Source: Chrysochromulina tobinii
Taxonomy: Eukaryota
Reading direction: 5' to 3'
Length of the DNA: 41,149 bases
Assembly: GCA_001275005.1 (NCBI GenBank)
Contig: JWZX01003210.1
Span: 1-41,149 of the forward strand
Numbering within the stretch: position 1 is the first letter of the stretch; each line of letters begins with the position of its first letter. This document shows, one piece after another, positions 20,814 to 30,313 of this stretch. Position numbers and translations under genes: made by a program. Below the pieces are notes generated by a model. It did not search any database. It saw only the letters and a list, made by a program, of their open reading frames with translations, and was not told the origin of the DNA.

Positions 20814-23800
20814 TCATGGTTTGCGCTTGTAAGCAATCAAGTATTCGGGATAGACGTACTCGCCATGCGTGACAATGATCTCGCGGAAGCGCATGATCTT
20901 GGGCCCCAACTCAGCCAGCAGTGAGTGGTGGCGCACTGGTGGGTCGACAGCGCCACCAGTGTCAATGTTGGCGAGCTCTCGGTCCTCTACCGCCCACACA
21001 GAACGTGACGTGTTGTCCATGTTCTGCTTCGCGTCTTGCGTCCGCACGGGCAGGCCGAGTGCGACGCGGCAGACGAGGCAATAGAAGACTGGGTCGCTTG
21101 TCGTGCCTGGGTGTGCGCCGCCCGCTGGGTAGAGCAGCTTGTGAAGCGCACTGAAATCCTTGTTCAGCTCCGGCTCCGGGTCCGGGAACACATACTGGTC
21201 AATTTTGGCGGCATCCTCTGCTAAGTATGTGCCGTTGCCAAAAAGCCCGCCAGAGAAGCGCTCGTTGAGCCCATCGTTCAGCAGATCCGGCAAAACTTCT
21301 GGCTTCGTGCCATGCAACAAGTAGTGCTCGTGCGACTGGGCGTCAACGCTTCCGGGCATTTTCTTGGCAAGATCCGCGAGCTCAATGTTCGTGCTCGGCG
21401 CCTTGTATGTGTTGCACCTTTCCACACGCTCGACGTCGTTGCCCACCTTGCTCCGCCCCGTGCGAAAGCGCTCGTACAGCCTGGGGTGCTCGATACGCCA
21501 CGCGCGCTGCAGCTCGAGCTTAGTGTACTTGCCGGCCCACTTGACATCGCGCCCCAGGCCCAACTCGTGCGGCTTGGTCGTGCACAGGAAGCGCTGGAGC
21601 AGTTCGTACGTCTTCCCGTCGTTGCCTGCGTTCACTTCATGCACAGCGTAGCCGCGGTCCGAGCTGAGTGCCATCGCCTGCTCCCAGTACGAGGGTAGTC
21701 CAAACCGTTGTCCAAACCGTTGTCTCATAGAATCCTTGAACTTATCGACCTGCTGTCTCTTGTCTTGCAGCCTTGCCTCGTGTGTCGGACGAGCGGCTAT
21801 GAGCTTGCTCAGTTCATTCTCGTATACGGCGCGCTCAGAGCCTTGTACCTTGAGCCGCTTCCCAATGCACATGCCGCCAGCGACGTACGAATCAAGCTCA
21901 CTTTGCAGCAGCCGCGACTGCACGTTGATCGTGACAATCTCCGACTGGATCTGCACAATCTCCGAAGTGAACCTGTGCAGCTGGCCCACGGCGTCCGACA
22001 CCTGAACCGCTGCCGACTCGAGGCTGCGAGCCTGCGCCTGTGCAGCTGCTCGAACCGCTACCTCGGCCGCCCGCAGGTTGTTCTCGCTGTCTTTGATTCT
22101 TTTGTTCGCTGCGTTGCTCTGCTCCTGCAGTTGCGTAATCAGCGCCTCTCGCACCGCCGCCGCGTCACCATCGCTAGCTGCAGACGCCTGCGCCTGCCGC
22201 AGCCGTTGCTCCACAGACGCCGCGGCTTCTTTGGCTTGCTCGAGCTCGTACTTCGCAGCTTCTTTGGCTTGCTCGAGCTCGAGCTCGTTCTTCGCATCCA
22301 TGGCTACCATCGCTGCGTCTGCTGCCACTGCACCAGCCGTTGCCGCGTCGATCTCGCTCGCACCCGCCATCACGGCATTGCACGCCGCGGCCGCCGCTTC
22401 CATCGCCACGGCCATCGGCATCCCATGCATGGTGGCCGCTCTGCTGGCAGCCACAGCGGCATTGAACGCCTCCGGGCTCGCGCCCCGAACGGAGGCATTG
22501 GCCGCCGCTTCGAACATGGCGACAGCCACCTTGGCCTGGTCGATCGGAGCAGGGGCCACCCTGCCGCTCCGCTTCGAAAACATGCGCAGCAGTGGCGGTG
22601 GCGTAGCAGTCGGCGGCGGAGCAGGCAGCGGCCGAGAATGCGCGATTGCCAGCGCCTCTCGCGCAATACCGAGCGGATCGCTGTGCGATCGAGAGCAGCG
22701 CAGCAGCTTAAGGCCATGCTTCACGAGCTCGTTCTCCGCCTTGATGCGCAACGCGGTCTCCGCCATCACCGTCTGATTGGCGCGCTCGAGCCGCGTGCGC
22801 AGCCGCAGGAGCTCCTGCTCGTGCGCCTCCTCAGCGTCCTTGAGCCGCTCGAGCTCCTCGAGCTGCGCGCGCAGCTCCTCTATCTCGGCCTTCTCCGCGC
22901 TCGAGCGCGCCTCCATCTCCGCCTTTAGCTCGGCGATAAGCTTTGAAATCGGGTCGCGGTTGATCACCGCGCGGTTCACAATCTTCTTGGCCGAAGCCGC
23001 GTAGCGAAGCGTCGAGAGTGTCTCCTCGTAGTCCGCCGCGCCCGGCGTGATCGCCGCGAGCATCGCCGCGCGCGAGTTTCCGCCGAGACAGTCCTTGAGC
23101 AGCCACGTGAGCATCGAGTCGCGGTGCGGAACGTGCCCGGCCTCCGCCCCTTCGGCTAGCTTGCGGATCACCATCGAGAGCGTCAGGAGCGACTTGTTGA
23201 TTGCGCCGCCCTCCTTGAGCTGCTGCCCCTGTGCTTCGGTGCGTTTCGCTCGCTCCGAGCCGGCGAGGTCGACGAGGTAGATCTTGGAGCGCACCTCGGT
23301 CACGACCTCCTGGCCTTCCGAGTTGCGCTGCAACCGCGCCTGCAGCAGCGACACTATGAACATCGCGTGCGAGCGCGACGAAGTCGCGTTCATCGCCGTC
23401 TCCGCGACGCGCCGCCGCCCATCGCCCTCCTCCATCAGCTGCGCCATTTGCTCGGGTCCGTCAACGGCAACGGCCTTGAGGCCTTCGACGTACGGTCCAA
23501 GCTTCTTGTGCTCGCGCACCTTCAGCGGCTTCGCATTCGCATCGGTGCCGCCGTCCGCCACCAGCAGGTCGCGCAGCTTCTCCATGTAGATCTCGAGGTA
23601 CGAGACGTGCAGCTTGATGGTCACGCGCTCGTCGGCCGTCGAGGCGCCGACGAGAGCGGTGCGGCGCACGAACAGCTCCTCGATGAATTGGGGCGTGATG
23701 CCCGGCTCGTCGGCCGTACCCGCCATTGAGAACGTCTTGCCGGAGCCCGTGTGCCCGTACGCGAACAAAACGGCATTGTAGCCCTGCAGCCCGTCGTCGA

Positions 23801-24107
23801 GCAGGCGGCGCCCGAGCGCCTCGTACACCTCCTTCTGGCTGCGGTGGTGGGCGTCGGCGGGATCGAAGCTCCAGAACGCGTGGTCGAAGAGAAATTCCTG
23901 CTCCTCGCCAGTCTGTGGGTGCCACACCACCACCTTGCCGTTCGGTACGCCCTCGTCCTCGTTCTGCATTTTAACGATCAGCTTCTGCTCGTCGGCGGTC
24001 TTCTCGCGAGTCCAGGGCCGGCAGCGGACGGCCACCACCACCTTCGCCGCCTCTTCCTGGCCAGCCGACGTCATCGTCAGCAAGCTGGTTTGGCTGGGTG
24101 GCGCCAT
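20814..24107 (-). CDS. kinesin-3-like motor fused through a coiled coil to a PARP-type ADP-ribosyltransferase domain
   Basis: Motor: VAVRCRP, FDHAFWS, FAYGHTGSGKT, NATSSRSH, LVDLAGSER, HVPHRDSMLTWLLKDCLGGNS. C-terminus: EHYLLHGT, FGNGTYLAEDAAKIDQY, CRVALG, FREIIV...YPEYLIAY. One uninterrupted ORF; first ATG at 24107. Confidence 0.88.
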   Translation of the reverse strand: MAPPSQTSLLTMTSAGQEEAAKVVVAVRCRPWTREKTADEQKLIVKMQNEDEGVPNGKVVVWHPQTGEEQEFLFDHAFWSFDPADAHHRSQKEVYEALGRRLLDDGLQGYNAVLFAYGHTGSGKTFSMAGTADEPGITPQFIEELFVRRTALVGASTADERVTIKLHVSYLEIYMEKLRDLLVADGGTDANAKPLKVREHKKLGPYVEGLKAVAVDGPEQMAQLMEEGDGRRRVAETAMNATSSRSHAMFIVSLLQARLQRNSEGQEVVTEVRSKIYLVDLAGSERAKRTEAQGQQLKEGGAINKSLLTLSMVIRKLAEGAEAGHVPHRDSMLTWLLKDCLGGNSRAAMLAAITPGAADYEETLSTLRYAASAKKIVNRAVINRDPISKLIAELKAEMEARSSAEKAEIEELRAQLEELERLKDAEEAHEQELLRLRTRLERANQTVMAETALRIKAENELVKHGLKLLRCSRSHSDPLGIAREALAIAHSRPLPAPPPTATPPPLLRMFSKRSGRVAPAPIDQAKVAVAMFEAAANASVRGASPEAFNAAVAASRAATMHGMPMAVAMEAAAAACNAVMAGASEIDAATAGAVAADAAMVAMDAKNELELEQAKEAAKYELEQAKEAAASVEQRLRQAQASAASDGDAAAVREALITQLQEQSNAANKRIKDSENNLRAAEVAVRAAAQAQARSLESAAVQVSDAVGQLHRFTSEIVQIQSEIVTINVQSRLLQSELDSYVAGGMCIGKRLKVQGSERAVYENELSKLIAARPTHEARLQDKRQQVDKFKDSMRQRFGQRFGLPSYWEQAMALSSDRGYAVHEVNAGNDGKTYELLQRFLCTTKPHELGLGRDVKWAGKYTKLELQRAWRIEHPRLYERFRTGRSKVGNDVERVERCNTYKAPSTNIELADLAKKMPGSVDAQSHEHYLLHGTKPEVLPDLLNDGLNERFSGGLFGNGTYLAEDAAKIDQYVFPDPEPELNKDFSALHKLLYPAGGAHPGTTSDPVFYCLVCRVALGLPVRTQDAKQNMDNTSRSVWAVEDRELANIDTGGAVDPPVRHHSLLAELGPKIMRFREIIVTHGEYVYPEYLIAYKRKP

Positions 24108-24176
24108 GTGTGGGGCAGGCCGCGAGTACGACCCTGTTAATAGGAACTTCACATAAAACAGAACTTGACAAAATGT

Positions 24177-24515
24177 GGGGGGAGCCCGGACACACACGGA
24201 GCACACACGGGACACACGGGCGCACACGGATCACACGGATCACACAGACGAACCTCACGACCATCCAAATCCTTAAAAATCCACCAAAACTTACCCACAG
24301 CATGACAGCGCGACGACCAAGGCGACGACCGAAACCGCGGCCGACTCAACAGCCGCCGCAGCCCCGGAGCCGACCGCTCCCCGCGGCCGACTCAGAAGAG
24401 CCCCCCCCAGCGAACCCGACCCTGCCGCCACCCGCTCCCAGAACCCAGAACGTCTCCCGCTCTCCCGCCGCGCGTCGAAGCACGAAGGCGGTCGGCGAAA
24501 CATGTACCGGTACTG
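24177..24515 (+). mobile_element. MITE-like dispersed repeat, copy 1 (5'-truncated)
   Basis: Colinear with the reverse complement of about 38566-38860; shared blocks include GCGCGACGACC, CCGACTCAACAGCCGC, CCGACTCAGAAGAG, AACCCGACCCTGCC and AAGGCGGTCGGCGAAA. Ends CCGGTACTG. Confidence 0.75.
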
Positions 24516-25037
24516 AATGAATTGTTTCTTCAAGACTGCGGAGCGGGAGTGTCACCTGAATGCTGAAAATGAGACGTTCAACTTGCCTTGTTTTCGCGGA
24601 GCGCCGGCGTGAGCGCGGCGCTTAGGATAAGGATTCCTACCTCGCACGTCTGTATCATGGGTCCGGTATGATGACTTGATGAGCTTCTATCATCTTCGAT
24701 CTTCACCGTTCAGTATCCGATCATTCGATTCGATATCGATTGAGATAATTGCGTATGACCGGCAAAAGCACCCAAAACCTGGCCAACTAGAAAAGTGGGG
24801 CCAGGGCCACTCTTGAAGTGGGGCCCTGGCGGGGCCGCCCTGGCCTGATATACGTGGTAGATGGAGCCCGTGGTCTCTCTCTCTGGACTCTTGTGTGACA
24901 TAGTCCGCAAGACTTGAAAGTCCTGAAGACTATGGCTCATTTATTATAGCACCCGCCTCACCGACGGTCGGCCGCTGAAGGTGAAGCGGCGCGCATGTGC
25001 TCGCGGTTGAAAACCAACACCTTGCTCTCCAAGACAT

Positions 25038-26981
25038 TCAGATGGCTGCTCCCCCGCGATCACCCTCGACACCGGTTTCGGAAGACGGCTGCGACTTTGG
25101 GTACGCCAAGCGCCACTCCTGGTTGGCGTAGAGCGCGGGCATCTCGGCGCAGAACGTCTCGAAGTCCGCGAGCGTCACCTTGCCGTCGCCATCCGCATCT
25201 GCGAATGAGTGGATGAAGGTCGCGAGGGACTGCTGGTCGGCGTCGACGGAGAGACCGACGACGACTTGCAGGGCGGTGTGAATGTCCTGCACCGAGATGT
25301 CTCCGGAGGCGTCGAGGTCGAGCGCTTCGAGGCGCCGCTCAGACTGGCAAGGCTCGTCGCCCAACTGGCACGGCGTGTCAACCGACCCGTCGACTGAGCG
25401 AGGCGCGATCGCCTCCCAAATCTTCCGCCACATGTTGCGTGCGAAGAAACCCATCAGCTCACTGTGAACGTTGACGTACGCCCCTTTCGGCGGCAGCAGG
25501 TTCATGTGCTGCGTGTAGTACACGGTGAGCGCTGCCGATTGCCCGTTGGTAAGGTCGCTCACCTTCGTGCCGACGCGGTAGATCCTATCTGGTTCGAGAG
25601 GCAGGCCGCCCACATCGACCACGCGCCCGCCCTCCTCGCGTACACCACTGTCATACTGGAGCCAGCCGGGGATAGGGTCGCCCGCGTGCGTCTGCGTGAC
25701 GGCCTTATCGAGGAGCCACCCGGGCATCTCTACCACCCCGAGTGACTCATCCGACTTGACTTCAGCCTCTAACATCTCGAGAGAGAAGTAGCTTCCAAGA
25801 GGATAGAGTGATCCGCCGCGGATGTTGCCTCCCATGAGCAAGACTGCATCGACGGCATGCGCACGCTGGCGGCGCACGGTGTTGAGCGACGACTTAAGCA
25901 GTGAGCAGATGTACTTTCCCATTGTGCACACCGTGCCACGCGAGTTGGACGAGGACAGAGGCTCGAAGGTGGGCGGTACCCGCGACAGCTCGGTGTTGCG
26001 CAGCGGCAGCAACGCAGAGTACGCCCGGCTCGTCTCACGGAGCAGAGCCTCGTCCGGTCGCCAGTTGGCCACCTCGACGAACGAGGCACGAACCTGCGGG
26101 CGTGACGGGCTGGTCGCACTGGGCCATGAGAGCTGTAGTACGGTCGCTGCGATCGAGTCCAAGCCTGGCTTGAGCAGCCGCGTGCCCGCGATGATTTCGT
26201 CGACGCGGTGATGATCGTGGCCCGACAGCACGACGGGGAAGTCAAACTCGCGGCAGGTACGGTGGTCATCGGGCACGTACATGTGCTGCAGCGGCAGCAC
26301 CACGTCGCACCGCTCCTCGGGCCCCTCGAGCTTGCTCTTGTAAGATGAGAGTGTCTGCCAGGGGCACTCAATCTTGGCACCTCCAAAGGCACCCGGCGGC
26401 TTGAAGTGTGAGTAGAGAGCTGGGTCATCGGAGAGCACGGCGACGAGGCCGATGCGGCGCGTCTGGCTGCCATCCTGCGAGATGAGCTCGACAACGTCGT
26501 AAGCCTTTTGCGCATCCATCGCCGCGTGGCTCTGCATGTTCGTGTTGAGCCATGTGCCCGGAAAGGCGCGCACGTGGCTGCACACGGTACGGTGATCGAT
26601 GTCAGCCTCGTGGTTGCCCCAGGTAAGATAGTCGATTGGGCACTTGGCGAGTGCCGACATCATACCCGCGCCCTTGTCCACGGAGGAGAGCAGATACGGC
26701 GCGAGGAAGTCACCCGTGAGCACGCTGATTACCGAGCCTGGAAAATTTGCCGCTTTGGTCTCTGCAATCAACGTTTTCAACGAGGGTAAATTCGCGAGCG
26801 TGTAGACATCAGTAACCTGGATGACAGTGAGGCGTACCTCACAGGGCTTAGGCGGCACCGTTTCCGCCAGACCATCAAGCGAGGGCATGTTAGGCTGCAT
26901 TGGCGTGCGTCCGCCGCCCGTGCTTAAGGCGCCCGACCGCGCCGAGTATGCAAGCAATATCAGACGAGCGAGTGCGGCCAT
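25038..26981 (-). CDS. 5'-nucleotidase/apyrase-family metallophosphoesterase with a C-terminal EF-hand pair
   Basis: IQVTDVY, TGDFLAP, WGNHEAD, LSGHDH and a 5'-NT C-domain (MGGNIRGG, GWLQYDSG). EF-hands DLDASGDISVQD and DADGDGKVTLADF. Signal-like start MAALARLILLAYS. Confidence 0.9.
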   Translation of the reverse strand: MAALARLILLAYSARSGALSTGGGRTPMQPNMPSLDGLAETVPPKPCEVRLTVIQVTDVYTLANLPSLKTLIAETKAANFPGSVISVLTGDFLAPYLLSSVDKGAGMMSALAKCPIDYLTWGNHEADIDHRTVCSHVRAFPGTWLNTNMQSHAAMDAQKAYDVVELISQDGSQTRRIGLVAVLSDDPALYSHFKPPGAFGGAKIECPWQTLSSYKSKLEGPEERCDVVLPLQHMYVPDDHRTCREFDFPVVLSGHDHHRVDEIIAGTRLLKPGLDSIAATVLQLSWPSATSPSRPQVRASFVEVANWRPDEALLRETSRAYSALLPLRNTELSRVPPTFEPLSSSNSRGTVCTMGKYICSLLKSSLNTVRRQRAHAVDAVLLMGGNIRGGSLYPLGSYFSLEMLEAEVKSDESLGVVEMPGWLLDKAVTQTHAGDPIPGWLQYDSGVREEGGRVVDVGGLPLEPDRIYRVGTKVSDLTNGQSAALTVYYTQHMNLLPPKGAYVNVHSELMGFFARNMWRKIWEAIAPRSVDGSVDTPCQLGDEPCQSERRLEALDLDASGDISVQDIHTALQVVVGLSVDADQQSLATFIHSFADADGDGKVTLADFETFCAEMPALYANQEWRLAYPKSQPSSETGVEGDRGGAAI

Positions 26982-27247
26982 CGGGCAGCGGTAGGGAAAG
27001 CATCTTTTGCAAGCATCACTGGCATCATTGACGATTTTTGCAGTACCCGATTCGGAAAGTTTAACTCGAAAGTTGAAGAACACGAGATTTTCGGTGCTTT
27101 GTCCAAACTTTTGTGCTGAGAATATTTTGTGCCACCCTCTCCGTTAGCTCCACGGCACTTCGCCCAGGCGCGTGGAGTGCGGGCGTCGGATCCCCCATTC
27201 ACAACGAGAAAGGTGGGGCTGAATTTGAGCTGCTTGTTGGCATCAAA

Positions 27248-28133
27248 ATGCCTTTCAACCCCGAGCGCATCACGTTGCCGCTTTACGACGAGAATGGCAA
27301 CTCGTTGCCCGGCTGCTCGGACCGTCCACAGCTTCGGCTTGCGGCGATGATGTGGCACCTGGCCGCGCAGGACGAGCCTGAGCGCCTGCGCGAGGTGCTC
27401 CTGGTCGCGGCGCGCCAGGGCCTGGACTGGAGCCACCGAGGCGCACGAAACGGGATGGGCGCGTCGCCGCTCCTCGTCGCAGCGTTACACGGTCACACCC
27501 AGTGCGTGCGACATATGCTTGAAGCCTATCGGCTGCCGACGACTACGGTCGATCTCTCCGATAGCTTTGGAAACTCTCCGCTGATGGCTGCTGTGTGCCG
27601 CGGCCGCGTCGCGTGCGTGCAGCTGCTGCTGGACGCGCTCGCCAATCCAAACCATCGTAAGTGCGCAGGGCTACTCATGCCTCGAGGTGGCCGTCGAGTT
27701 TGCGCGCGTCGAGTGCACTCGCCTGCTTTTGCAGGCTGGTGCCATCCCGTCGCAGCCGCCAACTACGCATAAGCGCCCGACCAGCCGGTCACCCGACGGT
27801 TCGGGCTTGCCACTGACGCAGTGGGAGCGCCGTGGGTCCCTGCAGTGGTGGTACCACGAGCCCACGCTGCCCGCGCAGACGAAAGCAGCCCATCAGCTCA
27901 ACGCTCAACTCATCAAGCACACGCTAGGCGGTCCTGACGTCACGCTGCTAGAGACGCCGCTCGATCGCTTCGAGACGGTTTCCCGCCGCCACGCGGCGCG
28001 GCGCGAGCTGGAGAACCATCGCGCACAGGCCGTGCACGAACGCGCGCGACGGCGCGAGGAGGCGCTCGAGGCGCACCGCCAGCGCGTGGAGCGGGAGGCC
28101 TGGGCCTCAGTTCGGGTGAATCCGTGCAAGTAA
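27248..28133 (+). pseudogene. ankyrin-repeat gene with an apparent +1 frameshift near 27657-27660 (pseudogene or sequence error)
   Basis: Ankyrin repeats GASPLLVAALHGHTQCVRHML and GNSPLMAAVCRGRVACVQLLL; the third repeat SAQGYSCLEVAVEFARVECTRLLLQAGA continues in the next frame. Confidence 0.72.
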
Positions 28134-28255
28134 TCGGCTACTCCCTACTTGTACAGTGTTCAGAAAAAAGTCGCTGGCTTCCGGAGCCCATTCGATAGCG
28201 TGTCTGTTGTTTCCGTAACCGTATGGACTTGACTTGACTTGACTCGGTTCAAAAA

Positions 28256-28337
28256 CAGTAAACACCGGGGGGCGGGGGGAGCCGGACACACGAGACAGAC
28301 ACACGAACCTGACGAACCACCTCAAAACTTACCCCAC
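28256..28337 (+). mobile_element. MITE-like dispersed repeat, short degenerate copy 2
   Basis: ACACCGGGGGGCGGGGGGAGCCGGACACACG...ACGAACCT...CAAAACTTACCC resembles the 5' parts of the other two copies. Confidence 0.55.
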
Positions 28338-28429
28338 CCTTTGCCTCACGATCACAATCGAAACGCTCGCGTTGCCAAACTTGCGGAGATCTCGTCTGGT
28401 CTGCGACGCGTCTTGTCGGGAAAGTTTCG

Positions 28430-29674
28430 ATGGCGCTTCTCTTGACTCTCACGAGCGTCGTGAGCCATGCCGTGCGGACCCGCACATCCATGCACACCTC
28501 CAGCTTTGTGCGTGGCGGCGTCGGTGCGAGCGCGAGCGCCATCAGCCGCACAGGTGGGCCGATCCGGATGATGGCACTCAAGGCGGGCATCGTCGGCCTG
28601 CCCAATGTGGGCAAGTCGACGCTCTTCAACGCGCTGATGGGAGGGCCGCAGGCGCAAGCAGCCAACTTTCCCTTTTGCACGATCGAGCCAAACACGGGCG
28701 TCATCGCGGTGCCCGACAAGCGACTGGACAAGCTCGCTGAGATCAACAAGTCTGTCAAAAAGGTGCCGACATCACTGTCGTTTGTGGACATCGCGGGTCT
28801 GGTGGAGGGAGCCTCCAAAGGCGAGGGCCTTGGCAACCAATTTCTCGCCAACATCCGCGAGTGCGATGCCATCGTGCACGTCGTGCGCTGCTTCGACGAC
28901 GCCAACATCATCCACGTGTCTGGCTCGGTCGACCCGCTGCGCGACATTGATGTGATCTCGCTCGAACTCATCCTGGCTGACCTCTCACAGGTCGAGAAGC
29001 GCCTCGAGAAGGCACGCAAGGACGCGAAAGGCAAGAAGGAGGGCGCCGCGGAGGAGCTCGCGGCGCTCGAGAAGATCTTGCCTCTGCTCAACGAGGGCCA
29101 GCCCGCGCGTAAGGCACAGCTCGATGAGGAGGAGCAGAAGCGCGTCTCGGGTCTCGGGCTGCTCTCCGCGAAGCCGGTGATCTACGCGGCCAACGTGCAG
29201 GATTCGGACCTCGCGAGCGGCAACGATATGGTCGATCGCGTGCGCGCCCAGGCCGACAAGGAAGGCGCGAAGGTCGTGGTCGTTTCGGCGCAGGTGGAGG
29301 CAGAGCTTGCCGAGCTGGACGCGGACGAGCGAGAGGCCTTTTTGGCGGACCTTGGCGTCGAGGGTGGCGAGACTGGTCTGCAGAAGCTCATCGTGCAGGT
29401 GTACCAGCTACTCAACCTGCGCACGTACTTCACCTCGGGCGAGACTGAGACGAAGGCCTGGACCATCCGGAACGGGTGGTTGGCGCCACAGGCGGCTGGC
29501 GTCATCCATTCCGACTTCGAAAGGGGGTTCATCCGTGCCGAGACGGTCGCGTACGCCGACCTCGTGGCCGCTGGCAGTGAGAAGGCGGCCAAGGAGAACG
29601 GCAAGGTGCGCAGCGAAGGCAAAGAGTACGTTGTGCAGGAGGGCGATGTGATGCTGTTCCGGTTCAACGTGTGA
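28430..29674 (+). CDS. ychF: YchF/OLA1 ribosome-binding ATPase (Obg family), organelle-targeted
   Basis: GIVGLPNVGKSTLFNAL, ANFPFCTIEPN, DIAGLV.GAS.GEGLGNQFL and TGS domain ending GKEYVVQEGDVMLFRFNV; about 48 aa presequence. Confidence 0.96.
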   Translation: MALLLTLTSVVSHAVRTRTSMHTSSFVRGGVGASASAISRTGGPIRMMALKAGIVGLPNVGKSTLFNALMGGPQAQAANFPFCTIEPNTGVIAVPDKRLDKLAEINKSVKKVPTSLSFVDIAGLVEGASKGEGLGNQFLANIRECDAIVHVVRCFDDANIIHVSGSVDPLRDIDVISLELILADLSQVEKRLEKARKDAKGKKEGAAEELAALEKILPLLNEGQPARKAQLDEEEQKRVSGLGLLSAKPVIYAANVQDSDLASGNDMVDRVRAQADKEGAKVVVVSAQVEAELAELDADEREAFLADLGVEGGETGLQKLIVQVYQLLNLRTYFTSGETETKAWTIRNGWLAPQAAGVIHSDFERGFIRAETVAYADLVAAGSEKAAKENGKVRSEGKEYVVQEGDVMLFRFNV

Positions 29675-30130
29675 GCTGTGTGTCATGAGCCCGTACTGTT
29701 GGCTGTCGGGCCTGTGCAGATGACGACCATGGGTCAGTGTTACGCGTACGCGCACAACCGGCTCAACCGGCTCTTTTTTCATCCCCGATCTCACCCCGAT
29801 CGGATCCCGGCGGGACCTCCCGTCCGACCGACTACACCGACCGCACCGCGAGGCGCGAGCGGCGGGGTCGACTCGTCGACAGGTCACGTCAAGCACAAGA
29901 CGAGAGTCAGAGACCGAACGACCGAATTACGAGGCGAGCAGGGCTGGTCAGGTGGGATTTATTCCTCACTTCTCAGGCCAACCCAAGTGCTCACGTGCCG
30001 GCTTAAATTGCCGGCCAGTCCGGCGCGGCGGAACGCGTGCTGGGTTGCTTGGCCTTTTGGTTCGGTTGGGAGGTCAGAGGGGACCATCGCACGCCACTCT
30101 GGTGGTTTCTGAGCATGTCTGAGATTCTGA

Positions 30131-30172
30131 CCCAACATCATGTACCCAACATCATGTACCCAACATCATGTA
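30131..30172. repeat. 14-bp tandem repeat x3
   Basis: CCCAACATCATGTA in three perfect copies. Confidence 0.9.
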
Positions 30173-30313
30173 CACACAGGCACATGCACAGTCAGCACAG
30201 TCAGCACATGCAGTCAACACCCACCAGGCCAAACATACTCGATCACCGCCGGCCTTGTAGCATGCATTTAATTTGCAACGAATCTTGAGTTTGTACCAAA
30301 CATCTTGAAACCG

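Noticed and set aside
24774..24848. Short GC-rich repeats (AAGTGGGGCC twice) with hairpin potential
   Set aside because: Too short and single-locus to assign.
27657..27668. 12-nt GTAAGT...CAG micro-intron
   Set aside because: Too short, and a multiple of three, so it does not repair the ankyrin frameshift.
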